From assembly GCA_038740615.1 (NCBI GenBank), contig JAVYLQ010000003.1, forward strand, positions 1 through 39,905: DNA of 39,905 nucleotides, read 5' to 3'. Below the pieces are notes generated by a model that saw nothing but the letters and a program-made list of their open reading frames with translations, did no database searches and was not told where the DNA came from. Of this stretch, positions 18,396-27,306 are shown one piece after another. How positions within the stretch are numbered: the first letter of the stretch is position 1; every line of letters starts with the position of its first letter. The position numbers were made by a program, and so were the translations under genes. This stretch comes from Candidatus Anstonellales archaeon. GTDB lineage: Archaea; Micrarchaeota; Micrarchaeia; Anstonellales; J096.

Positions 18396-19220
18396 TTATA
18401 CACCTTGCTTAACTGCAACTTTACCAATTTCCTTGTACATCTCCTCTGTATCTGTTGGTATCACATACTCCATTTCTAGAACCTTTAATAGATCTGGACC
18501 TTTTATATCATAAACATCAACTCTCAGAGCATTAGCTAGACTACCCTTTAGATTGTCTATTTCAACTCTACTTTTCTCTATAACCTCATCTTTAGTATTT
18601 CCCTTAACAGTAACTTGGCAATAGATCAGTACATCCATAGGTCTGAATCCCTGCTCGAGTTTCTGAATCTGTTGTGTCCAATATGCTTTCTCCCTTTCCA
18701 ATCTCTCTATGGTTAGTAGATCTGGAGATGGTGACTCTCTAGCCTTTTGCAATCTCAAAGATATTTCACTTCTCTTGGTTTCCAATTCTTTCTTCTTTGA
18801 TGATATGTCTATTGCATACATTAGATAGGATATTTTGAATGGTTTTTTATAATTTATAACCAATTGTTCAAATTGTTTTTTACTATTTATCACGCTCTCT
18901 GGATTATCAGCAAATGCATCGTATATTTTAAGACCTATAAACCTACTTGCATAGTATTCATTACCAACCTGTTTTATAACCACATCCATACTTGGAGGGA
19001 TTTCGTGCTTGGTATGATTCATAACAATAACTACGTTTTTGAGTTTGGTTAATGCAGGAAATGTCTGATCTCCAAAGAATAACATGGCTGCTGTTATAGC
19101 TGTAAATACAAGTGCAATTACAAGTAAGAATGGATTGTTAAATGAGAATGCCAATAATAGACTGGCTCCAGCGATTCCAATTAGAATGTATTTCTGAGTA
19201 TTGGTATCAGTAGGCAACAT
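18396..19220 (-). CDS. Membrane-anchored protein resembling VirB3/PrgI TM hairpin plus VirB4 N-terminal domain; gene 1 of the operon
   Basis: Two N-terminal TM helices, then an alpha/beta region with an inserted coiled coil (KKKELETKRSEISLRLQK...ERLEREKAYWTQQIQKL) and IYCQVTVKGNTKDEVIEK. GGTGG SD before ATG 19220. The CDS is secure; the family assignment is inferred. Confidence 0.7.
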   Translation of the reverse strand: MLPTDTNTQKYILIGIAGASLLLAFSFNNPFLLVIALVFTAITAAMLFFGDQTFPALTKLKNVVIVMNHTKHEIPPSMDVVIKQVGNEYYASRFIGLKIYDAFADNPESVINSKKQFEQLVINYKKPFKISYLMYAIDISSKKKELETKRSEISLRLQKARESPSPDLLTIERLEREKAYWTQQIQKLEQGFRPMDVLIYCQVTVKGNTKDEVIEKSRVEIDNLKGSLANALRVDVYDIKGPDLLKVLEMEYVIPTDTEEMYKEIGKVAVKQGV

Positions 19221-19254
19221 TCCCCAACCACCCATAATTATTAGATTAGTATTC

Positions 19255-19260
19255 TTTAAA
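19255..19260. promoter_or_regulatory. Shared TATA box between the VirB4-like operon and DNA ligase
   Basis: This is the only TTTAAA in the 64-nt divergent spacer and lies 30 nt before the ligase ATG 19285. Confidence 0.55.
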
Positions 19261-19284
19261 AATTTATCCAAACAATTTCATTCT

Positions 19285-20994
19285 ATGCAATTCAGAGAAT
19301 TATGTGAGTTTCTTGAGCTTATATCAAAGAACAGATCGAGGATATATATAACAGATCAATTATCTAAGTTATACTCTAACATATCATCGGAAGAAGCGAT
19401 GATGGTTAGTTATATGCTAGTAGGCCAGATTGCTCCCTCCTATGTCTCTCTAGAGCTGGGGGTATCGAGCAATCTCATTTTACAAGCACTATCTGCAGTC
19501 ACAGGAATCTCTAAGGATGATCTAGAATTGAATCTTAAAAAAAGCGGGGATATTGGAGATTTAGCATATAATATATTAAATAGAAAGGGGAGAATTAGAT
19601 CTCTTATTAATAAGGAATTAGAAATTGCTGATGTATTCAATTCGTTGAAGAGGATCGCTCTTGAATCTAGTCAAAAAATTAAGATAGAGATCCTCATTAA
19701 TCTCCTATCCAGAACCTCTCCTATCGAAGCTAAATATTTAACTAGATTTATTGTTAACAAGACTAGAATTGCAGTAGGGATAATGACTGTATTAGATAGC
19801 ATCGCTAAGGCCAAGAATGTAGATAAAGATCATGTTAGGAGCATATATTATTTAATATCTGACATAGGTAAAACTACCCTTAAGATCTTTACAAATGATT
19901 TGAGTTATAGAGTAGAGCTATTCACTCCAATATCTCCTGCTCTAGCTGAGAGAGTAAAGGATGCTGAAGAGATATTAAGTAGATCTAATCCTGTTTTTAT
20001 CGAATATAAATACGATGGATTTAGAGCTCAGATTCATAAACGAGGTAGGGATGTTAAGATTTTCTCTAGGAGATTAGAAGATATTACCAAATATATTCCT
20101 GAGATAGTGGAGGATGTTAGGAGAATTGAAGATGATTTTATACTTGAGGGGGAGATAGTATCGTTTGTAGATTCTAAACCCCTACCTTTCCAGGAGATTA
20201 TCAAGAGAAAGAGGAAACACGATGTTATAGAGTATTCTAATAGAATACCTGTAGAGATATATGCCTTTGATATACTCTATCTCAATGGAGAGGAACTATA
20301 CAATACTACATTTATCCATAGGAGAAATCTGTTAGAGGCGTTTATAAACAAGAGTGGATTTAGCAGAATCAAATTGAGTACAGGTGAGATGGTGGATAAT
20401 AGTTCAAGAATCGAAGAGCTGTTCAATCAGGCGCTAGCATCTGGAATGGAAGGATTGATAGCTAAGAAGCCAGATAGTATATACACACCAGGTCAGAGAA
20501 ATCATAATTGGATGAAGTTGAAAAAATCTGGAGATACAATAGATTGTGTTGTTGTTGGCTATTTCTATGGTCAAGGTAGATTGAAAGATTATCCGGGCTC
20601 TCTACTAGTGTGTGTTTATGATGAGCAACTAGATGAGTATCAGACAGTAGCTAAAGTATCTTCTGGATTATCAGAAGATGAATTCATGTTACTCAAGGAA
20701 AAACTGATCACTCTGGATTCACCTTATCTTAACATAAATACCAGAATGCAACCTGATGTATGGGTGGAGCCTAATGTGATATTAGAATTAGCCTATGATA
20801 ACATAACTATCTCTCCTGTACACACATGTGCATATACAGAATTCAATGGTAAAGGATTGGCACTGCGTTTTCCTAGAGTTATCAGAATAAGAGATGATAA
20901 GGGAATAGGAGAGATAACAAGGTCGTTAGAGGTAGTAGATCTGTATAGATTACAAGGAGGAGAGATAGGAGAAGAATTGGAAGATACGGAATAG
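19285..20994 (+). CDS. lig: ATP-dependent DNA ligase
   Basis: EYKYDGFRAQIH (motif I), EGEIV, FDILY, EGLIAK, WMKLK, LRFPRVIRIRDDK. The true start is probably MQFRELCE at 19285. Confidence 0.97.
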   Translation: MQFRELCEFLELISKNRSRIYITDQLSKLYSNISSEEAMMVSYMLVGQIAPSYVSLELGVSSNLILQALSAVTGISKDDLELNLKKSGDIGDLAYNILNRKGRIRSLINKELEIADVFNSLKRIALESSQKIKIEILINLLSRTSPIEAKYLTRFIVNKTRIAVGIMTVLDSIAKAKNVDKDHVRSIYYLISDIGKTTLKIFTNDLSYRVELFTPISPALAERVKDAEEILSRSNPVFIEYKYDGFRAQIHKRGRDVKIFSRRLEDITKYIPEIVEDVRRIEDDFILEGEIVSFVDSKPLPFQEIIKRKRKHDVIEYSNRIPVEIYAFDILYLNGEELYNTTFIHRRNLLEAFINKSGFSRIKLSTGEMVDNSSRIEELFNQALASGMEGLIAKKPDSIYTPGQRNHNWMKLKKSGDTIDCVVVGYFYGQGRLKDYPGSLLVCVYDEQLDEYQTVAKVSSGLSEDEFMLLKEKLITLDSPYLNINTRMQPDVWVEPNVILELAYDNITISPVHTCAYTEFNGKGLALRFPRVIRIRDDKGIGEITRSLEVVDLYRLQGGEIGEELEDTE

Positions 20995-21520
20995 CTCTAC
21001 GTATGTAGATCTCCTTTCCAGCGTTCTCCTTTACATAATCCTCATCTATAACCTTTCCTTGGATGTCTATCTCCCCTATAATACTCTGATCCACTTTTGT
21101 CCTAATTCGAATGATTCTATCCCTGAGAATTAATATTAATATATAAGTAACTATCATATGAAGCAGAGGATTGAAATACAGCAAAATAAGTGATATGGGT
21201 AAATATAGGTAATGTATAGCTAAGGCAACGGCGATCATTATTGAAGTATATAAAATATCTGGGAATTTAAGACCCATGTCTATCGCTATTACAGGCAATA
21301 TAAACACTTCTGCATCTCCAAACACACCTAATCTATATAATATATACAGGACAATTGTCAACCCGATTAGAATTGCTAATCTATTGATCATATAAGCCTG
21401 ATAGAGACCTATTAGATAGAATATATAAACCAACCCATCCGGCACGTTTCTATTATTCTTAACATCAAAATACGACAATATCCCTAGAAATACAAGATAT
21501 ATCAGTGTGAATTCTGTCAT
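20882..21520 (-). CDS. A24 prepilin/preflagellin peptidase-like membrane protein
   Basis: LSYFDVKNNRNVPD (first Asp motif), GVFGDAEV (GxGD-like region), C-terminal AIPYLPILLLS typical of archaeal A24 peptidases. Confidence 0.72.
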   Translation of the reverse strand: MTEFTLIYLVFLGILSYFDVKNNRNVPDGLVYIFYLIGLYQAYMINRLAILIGLTIVLYILYRLGVFGDAEVFILPVIAIDMGLKFPDILYTSIMIAVALAIHYLYLPISLILLYFNPLLHMIVTYILILILRDRIIRIRTKVDQSIIGEIDIQGKVIDEDYVKENAGKEIYIRRAIPYLPILLLSLLLVIYTDLLPLTTLLSLLFPYHLLF

Positions 21521-22206
21521 TTGTCTATTTCATCTAGTATAGCATCTATCATTTTAGTTGAGGGAATTCTGTTAGTTAGAAATAACAGCGAAATAGCTAT
21601 CTCAAGCAATTCCCTGTCTTTTGGTAGATATATTTTATAAGTTCCTCCAGATCTGTATACATTCATGGTTACAAACATCCTATTCCATCCATCTATCTGA
21701 TTTGTTCGCATATGTAATATATTATATGATTCATCCATAATAATCTCTAACATCTCCCCGGTGAATCTCTTTCTAAATTTATCTATTATATTCAAGAACT
21801 CATCCAACCATTGCTGCTCCTCTTCATCCAAGCCCTTTGGTTTATTTACGATTAACATATCAATTATATCCTCTCTACCTAAAACAATAGATGTATTCAA
21901 TAAGACTACATAATAGTACAGAATATCCATTTCTTCTTTGTAGAGCTCAATCAGAGTATTCAATTTATTTACATCATCTTCAATACTTAGAGCTGAGATA
22001 AATGTTTTATATTTTGGAGGTAAATTTACAAATACTTGATCAGCGTATTCATATTCATCTAGTTCTAAATATATTATATACAAGAGATATTTAGATTTTG
22101 GATCATCTGATTCAGATAGTACTTCTATAGCTGCTCTAAGATAGTCTTGGTTACCTGTAGTGGAATAGAGTTCATAATATTTCTTAGCTAATCTATATTC
22201 TTTCAT
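21517..22206 (-). CDS. Hypothetical alpha-helical (TPR-like) protein
   Basis: 229-aa ORF coupled to its neighbours by 4-nt overlaps; KSKYLLYIIYLELDEYEYADQVF resembles a TPR. Confidence 0.65.
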   Translation of the reverse strand: MKEYRLAKKYYELYSTTGNQDYLRAAIEVLSESDDPKSKYLLYIIYLELDEYEYADQVFVNLPPKYKTFISALSIEDDVNKLNTLIELYKEEMDILYYYVVLLNTSIVLGREDIIDMLIVNKPKGLDEEEQQWLDEFLNIIDKFRKRFTGEMLEIIMDESYNILHMRTNQIDGWNRMFVTMNVYRSGGTYKIYLPKDRELLEIAISLLFLTNRIPSTKMIDAILDEIDK

Positions 22207-22913
22207 GGTATCAACAACGTTCCCTGATGTTCAAGATTTCTCACAACCCTATTTATATTCTCAATATTAGAATCTGTGAAGTATATGGGAATTTTGGATC
22301 TTTTTGCAATCTTTAGAGCGAATATATCAAATACAAAATTCTCACCAGCAACCCTATTATCATCTCTATTAGCTATACTTATGAATTCATCGATCGTAGC
22401 AGTAGATATGGGTTTAGCATCGGGATATCTCTTTGGGTCTCTATCGTATACATATGCGGTATTTGAGATATTGATGATCTTGGATGCACCTATTGATTCA
22501 GCTATAAGGGCAGCAACTGCATCAGTAGTTATTCCTGGGAAGAATCCTCCACTACACAACCAATCGTATTGATTAATAGCTATAGATGCTTCCTCTGCAT
22601 TATACAGGAGCTTAGGATACACTAACATATCCTTTAGTGCGTATAGAATCAGAGTGGCATTTTTCCTAGTCTCCCATATGGCAAGCATATCATTTTCATA
22701 CTCAGTCAATCCCAGCTTTCTCCCCTCATTTATAAATTCACGTGCTAATGGACCTCCACCCACTACAATAGCACCTCTGTAACCACGTAATTCTCGTATA
22801 AAGTTTAAGAAGCCCGAGATAAATTCGTGATTAATACCCTCAGATTTGCTGTAAAATATACTACCACCGACTGAAAATACGATTCTATTTAAATATGATT
22901 GTGACTGTTTCAT
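22203..22913 (-). CDS. pyrH: Uridylate kinase
   Basis: IVFSVGGS, IVVGGGPLAR, PGITTDAVAA, VYDRDPKRYPDAK, FVFDIFA. The start is uncertain; ATG 22913 is the nearest. Confidence 0.93.
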   Translation of the reverse strand: MKQSQSYLNRIVFSVGGSIFYSKSEGINHEFISGFLNFIRELRGYRGAIVVGGGPLAREFINEGRKLGLTEYENDMLAIWETRKNATLILYALKDMLVYPKLLYNAEEASIAINQYDWLCSGGFFPGITTDAVAALIAESIGASKIINISNTAYVYDRDPKRYPDAKPISTATIDEFISIANRDDNRVAGENFVFDIFALKIAKRSKIPIYFTDSNIENINRVVRNLEHQGTLLIP

Positions 22914-23844
22914 TCTCCCATACTCTTGCAACAGATATGTTATATACAGATGCTCTCTGGTACAAACCTAATCTCGTGCCTCTATCATATAATCCAAAAG
23001 CAGATCCATCAGCTATCATGTGTTTTGGACCAAAGTAATTGAAGAAGTTTAGATACAGGTCTGGAAGGAAGTATACTCCATATGCATTCCAGGAGAAGTA
23101 ATCACACCTGAATCTATAAACGTTATCCGAGTTCAATCTCTGTAATCCTCCAGTTTCTATATCCAGTAGGAATATCATACATGTATCATTCATACTCACT
23201 TTCAACACTAAGCTCATATCACCAGGATTGGATTGTAAATAATCTTTACCTGCCTGTAGAACTTCTATTTTAAAACCAGCAAGCTCTAGTACATCACCTT
23301 GCTTTAGATATATATCAAAAGTATCATTTCTATATAGTCTTATATTCTCAGGAGCTATAGTTTTTCCCACCTGAAAATCAGATTTCAATCTATAATAGGT
23401 TTCAAAATTCAGATCTCTTGCAGAAGGGATTATTACATATTCTATATCGTCGGAGTATGATTTTATGAATGAATATGCTTTAGCGTAAGTTTCCTCTGGA
23501 ACACTCCAAATATAAACATCTAGTGTACCTCTCCTTATCAACACCATTCTCCCCTGCTTCTCCCCAAATCCAACATTGAAGAAAGTTATTATCAGAGGAT
23601 CATACGGCATAAAGGTATAATTCTCCACATCTCTCTGTTTCTGTTCTGGGACATTACCCCAGTCTATTACGCTATTGTTAGAAGTATTGGTAGTTGGGAT
23701 GTAGTTTGTGTCCATCCTCTCCGTCTCTCTAATAATCTCTATTCCCCCCTGTTGATCATTTGATACTAGAGGCTTCTGATTGTTGCTCTGATTATCCAAG
23801 CACCCTGCAAGTAATATAATGATAGCGAGAACAGCCAAATACAT
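22885..23844 (-). CDS. Lipoprotein with a degenerate ComEC/Rec2-type metallo-beta-lactamase fold
   Basis: Lipobox LLAGC, Asn/Gln/Thr-rich linker, then LIITFFNVG..., DIEYVII, SLVLKVSMNDTCMIFLLDIE, FGPKHMI, VWENETVTI, which follow the ComEC-MBL pattern. The His ligands are absent. Confidence 0.72.
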   Translation of the reverse strand: MYLAVLAIIILLAGCLDNQSNNQKPLVSNDQQGGIEIIRETERMDTNYIPTTNTSNNSVIDWGNVPEQKQRDVENYTFMPYDPLIITFFNVGFGEKQGRMVLIRRGTLDVYIWSVPEETYAKAYSFIKSYSDDIEYVIIPSARDLNFETYYRLKSDFQVGKTIAPENIRLYRNDTFDIYLKQGDVLELAGFKIEVLQAGKDYLQSNPGDMSLVLKVSMNDTCMIFLLDIETGGLQRLNSDNVYRFRCDYFSWNAYGVYFLPDLYLNFFNYFGPKHMIADGSAFGLYDRGTRLGLYQRASVYNISVARVWENETVTIIFK

Positions 23845-23937
23845 GAACTTATATTTAGGTTTGATTTTTTAAATCTTTATCTATATATTTTACCACCCTA
23901 TCTCCAAAAATTCTGAATAATCTCTCAATATGTTCCT

Positions 23938-24549
23938 TCATAGTATTTTAAATACTGGTTCTGTTTTAAAAAATATCTCTGATAACATCTGCTTACTTCT
24001 TAGGATATGTTCATCCTTATCAACTGTTATTTCCATTGTAAAATTCCTGTTTTTCATTATATCCTTCTCCCCAGACACCATAAACACCCCTCTCACCACA
24101 GTTCTGCTCAGCATTACCTCTAGGAATTTAGAAAAAGAATTAATATCATTCTTCTCCAATCCACTATCTGTAGTTAATATATTCAGGAATACAGGGGATT
24201 CGAGTTTAGATAGAACAGAATTATACTCATAGGATATATCATTCAGTAGGCTAGGTGAATCTATAAATATCACTCTATCATCTTGATAATCTATTCTATT
24301 ACTTTTTGAGAATGCATCAATAACCAGATCTATCTTGTGAGGAACTCTGTATCTCCTCAATTTCTGCTCAATTGTATTCCAACCTTCTCTGAAAGTTACA
24401 AGAACATTATATGTATTTTTACCCATCAGTGCAAATGTTATCATACCATCGTAGGAAGTTGATGGAAACTTTACAACAATATTGTCCCCTTGTCTAAACC
24501 CACCATCTAGAATATAATTCAGTTCCTCTATAAATGTCTCTATTATCAT
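23938..24549 (-). CDS. KaiC/RAD55-like RecA-fold protein with degenerate Walker A
   Basis: IETFIEELNYILDGGFRQGDNIVV matches the KaiC-like N-terminus, but the P-loop reads FPSTSYDG. LVTFRE, VIDAFS and DSPSLLNDIS are also typical of this group. Confidence 0.72.
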   Translation of the reverse strand: MIIETFIEELNYILDGGFRQGDNIVVKFPSTSYDGMITFALMGKNTYNVLVTFREGWNTIEQKLRRYRVPHKIDLVIDAFSKSNRIDYQDDRVIFIDSPSLLNDISYEYNSVLSKLESPVFLNILTTDSGLEKNDINSFSKFLEVMLSRTVVRGVFMVSGEKDIMKNRNFTMEITVDKDEHILRSKQMLSEIFFKTEPVFKIL

Positions 24550-25496
24550 TTTTCCCTCACTTTCATTTTTTCTATTAAATCAAACAGCTCCTTCCTGTAG
24601 ATACTATCATTAGCAGGAAATAGCTGTTCCATTCTAGAATCTATACTATCAAATAGATTTCGCAACAGATCTCTAGCATAGCTTATCCCACCTCCTTGTT
24701 CGATCAGATCTATTGCCTCTCTTTTCATAATCTCATCATCAGTTTTAGAGTTTAAGATCTTCCTCAATTTTGTAGCAGATGACTCTGGCAGATTCTCCAA
24801 AGCTTTTATAACCATAATAGTTCTTTTACCCTCTGTGATATCATCAGCCCATTTCTTACCATATTCTGGTGGAGAGATTAGATTTAATACATCATCCTGA
24901 ATTTGAAATGCAATTCCCAAATCTACCCCCAATTGCTTGTATCTTTCATCTCTGATACCTGCCAGATATGCTCCAAGGTACATACTAAGACCGATTAGAG
25001 CTCCTGTTTTCTTGGATATCATTCTCATATAATCCTTCTCTGATGGGAAAATTTGCTTCTCTCTCCAGAATATATCTAGACTCTGTCCCTCTACAACTTC
25101 TTGGAACGTCAGAAGGTATTGCTCCCTTATATGATAATCCTCTATCTCATTTACCATTCTGAGCACTAGAGTATATAATGCATCACCTGTATTTAGAGCT
25201 AGAGGAACTCCATATTGTTTATGTAGAGTGGGCTTGCCTCTGCGTAACTCAGATCCATCCTCTATATCATCATGGATAAGTGTGAAATTGTGAAATAGCT
25301 CTATGATCGCTCCGTATTTGAGAATATCGTGATAATATCCTTTTATACTAGCATAACTCAAAAACAGCAATACTGGCCTAAACCTCTTACCTCCTCTAGA
25401 TAAGTATTCTATAACTCCAGCGTACATCTCCGGATATTTATGCTCTGGTATCAAACTGTATAGATACTCATTGAACAGATCTGTATTAACAGGCAT
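24546..25496 (-). CDS. idsA: Polyprenyl (geranylgeranyl) diphosphate synthase
   Basis: GGKRFRP, FTLIHDDIED...RRGKPT, GQSLD, KKTGAL, FQIQDDVLN, DITEGKRT. Confidence 0.93.
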   Translation of the reverse strand: MPVNTDLFNEYLYSLIPEHKYPEMYAGVIEYLSRGGKRFRPVLLFLSYASIKGYYHDILKYGAIIELFHNFTLIHDDIEDGSELRRGKPTLHKQYGVPLALNTGDALYTLVLRMVNEIEDYHIREQYLLTFQEVVEGQSLDIFWREKQIFPSEKDYMRMISKKTGALIGLSMYLGAYLAGIRDERYKQLGVDLGIAFQIQDDVLNLISPPEYGKKWADDITEGKRTIMVIKALENLPESSATKLRKILNSKTDDEIMKREAIDLIEQGGGISYARDLLRNLFDSIDSRMEQLFPANDSIYRKELFDLIEKMKVREK

Positions 25497-25544
25497 AATC
25501 TATTTCACACTAATCTTTTTAAAGATATTATTGTATCTTAAAGC

Positions 25545-25712
25545 ATGGCTAAATTTGAGATTGTTGCTAGATACTTTGGTATAGAGCACAGACATGAGAT
25601 AGAGGCTAAATCCAAAGCTCATGCCCTGAATATATTATATGGAAGACTAGGATCTAGGAATGGTTTATCTAGAGATATGATAAAGATACTGGAGGTGAAA
25701 ATGCATGGATAA
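25545..25712 (+). CDS. rpl18a: 50S ribosomal protein eL20 (L18a/LX; 55 aa, not in ORF track)
   Basis: Hand translation MAKFEIVARYFGIEHRHEIEAKSKAHALNILYGRLGSRNGLSRDMIKILEVKMHG; conserved eL20-pfdA-ftsY gene order. Confidence 0.88.
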   Translation: MAKFEIVARYFGIEHRHEIEAKSKAHALNILYGRLGSRNGLSRDMIKILEVKMHG

Positions 25713-26085
25713 GAATGATCAGAACGATGATAGAATTCAAGAATTGAATACAAAACTCATAAGTTTAAGGATGGAATTGGATAGGATAGGTAGTGAACTC
25801 ATTCTATTAGATAGAGCCCAGCTTACTCTTAGTGGATTGATGCAAATTGATAGAGATTCTATAATAAAGCTGGAGGATATAATTGCTATACAAGTAGAAT
25901 CTGTAAAGATAAAGAATGTTATGTTGAAGCTTGACAATACTACAATGTTACCCATGACTCTTGACGAAGCTAGTAAATTCATACAGAATAAGAAAGATAT
26001 TCTGAAGAATAGATATGAGCAGATAGAGAAGGAGTTGAAGAATATAGAATCAGAAATTGTTAAGATTCTAAAGTCTATGAAATAG
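25705..26085 (+). CDS. pfdA: Prefoldin alpha subunit (divergent)
   Basis: Coiled coil, beta region, then MTLDEASKFIQNKKDIL coiled coil; located between eL20 and ftsY. Confidence 0.75.
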   Translation: MDKNDQNDDRIQELNTKLISLRMELDRIGSELILLDRAQLTLSGLMQIDRDSIIKLEDIIAIQVESVKIKNVMLKLDNTTMLPMTLDEASKFIQNKKDILKNRYEQIEKELKNIESEIVKILKSMK

Positions 26086-26086
26086 A

Positions 26087-26980
26087 ATGTTTGATAAGCT
26101 CAAGAGTGCCTTTCAGAAACTATTGGGTAAGGATGAGGATATAAGACTTGGAATTGTAAAAGAGACTGTAGCTAAGATTGTAAATGTTTCCCTATCTGAA
26201 CAGGAAGCTAATAGAATCTCTGATCAGCTATTCTACGATCTTCTAGACGCAGATGTACCATTTGATCTTGCAAACTTTATAAAATCTCAACTGTACAGAG
26301 AATTGAGATCGAGAAAATTTTCAGAGAATTATAGGGAAGAAATCCGAGAATTACTTAAGGGGATCTTACTACAATATATATCAACAGCTCAACTGGATTT
26401 GCAAAGAGGTATAATAATGTTGATTGGTCCAAACGGTTATGGTAAGACTACTACAGCTGTTAAATTGGCCTATATGCTGAAGATGCGTGGAAAGAGAGTT
26501 AGAATAATAGGTGCTGATGTATTCAGGGCTGCTGCTAGAGAACAGCTTCAAGAACTGTGTAAGAGATATGAAATAGATTTGTACGTAGATGATTCTGAAA
26601 GACCTCTATCTACAATTATAAGAGGATTGAAGAGCTCAGAGAGTTATGATTTCATTATAATAGATACTGCTGGTAGACAGGATATGAATATTAATTTACT
26701 CAGAGAATTACAGAATATTCAGCAGAAGGTAAATCCTGATCTGGTGTTATATGTTTTAGAAAGTTCTGTAGGTAATTCATCATTGCATCAGCTCAGAGAG
26801 TATCGTAAATTCATAAAGATCGATGGGATTATATATACTAAAATGGATCTGGATAGTGCTGGAGGTAGTGTGCTGGCAGCTGGCTACTACGGATTTCCTC
26901 TTTACTTCATAACTTATGGGCAGGGAATACAGGATATAAGTGCTGCTAATCCTCAGGATATAGTTGATAGAATTATATGA
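26087..26980 (+). CDS. ftsY: SRP receptor GTPase FtsY
   Basis: MFDKLK start, LLDADV, GPNGYGKTTTAVKLA, DVFRAAAREQL, DTAGR, TKMD. Confidence 0.92.
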   Translation: MFDKLKSAFQKLLGKDEDIRLGIVKETVAKIVNVSLSEQEANRISDQLFYDLLDADVPFDLANFIKSQLYRELRSRKFSENYREEIRELLKGILLQYISTAQLDLQRGIIMLIGPNGYGKTTTAVKLAYMLKMRGKRVRIIGADVFRAAAREQLQELCKRYEIDLYVDDSERPLSTIIRGLKSSESYDFIIIDTAGRQDMNINLLRELQNIQQKVNPDLVLYVLESSVGNSSLHQLREYRKFIKIDGIIYTKMDLDSAGGSVLAAGYYGFPLYFITYGQGIQDISAANPQDIVDRII

Positions 26981-27306
26981 TAATAGTAGATACCAGTTTT
27001 CTGATTGAAGCTGTGAAGAGAAGGATTAATCTTCCTAATACAAAGATGATAGTTCCTGGATCAGTGTACAGAGAAATAAGAGCGATGGCTAGGAACAGAG
27101 GTAGAAAGGGTAGTTATGCTAGAGCTGCTCTGGAGATTATTAGAAAAAACTGCTATATTCTCCCTTCAAATCTAGCTCCTGATGAAGCTGTGATTGATCT
27201 GGCAAATAGATTTGAATTGACTCTTCTAACATTTGATCTTAGATTAAGAAGTTTGGTAAAGAGAAAAATCGATATCAAGGGGAATTATATAGATTATGAG
27301 TATTAG
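26977..27306 (+). CDS. PIN-domain protein (Fcf1/Utp24-like)
   Basis: IIVDTSFL, VYREI, PDEAVI, LLTFDLRL: the PIN acidic quartet pattern. Confidence 0.85.
   Translation: MIIVDTSFLIEAVKRRINLPNTKMIVPGSVYREIRAMARNRGRKGSYARAALEIIRKNCYILPSNLAPDEAVIDLANRFELTLLTFDLRLRSLVKRKIDIKGNYIDYEY

Noticed and set aside
19201-19284. N-terminal extensions of the ligase (from 19201) and of operon gene 1 (from 19271) in the ORF track
   Set aside because: They would overlap head to head across the shared promoter. Downstream ATGs (19285, 19220) fit the TATA and SD spacing better.
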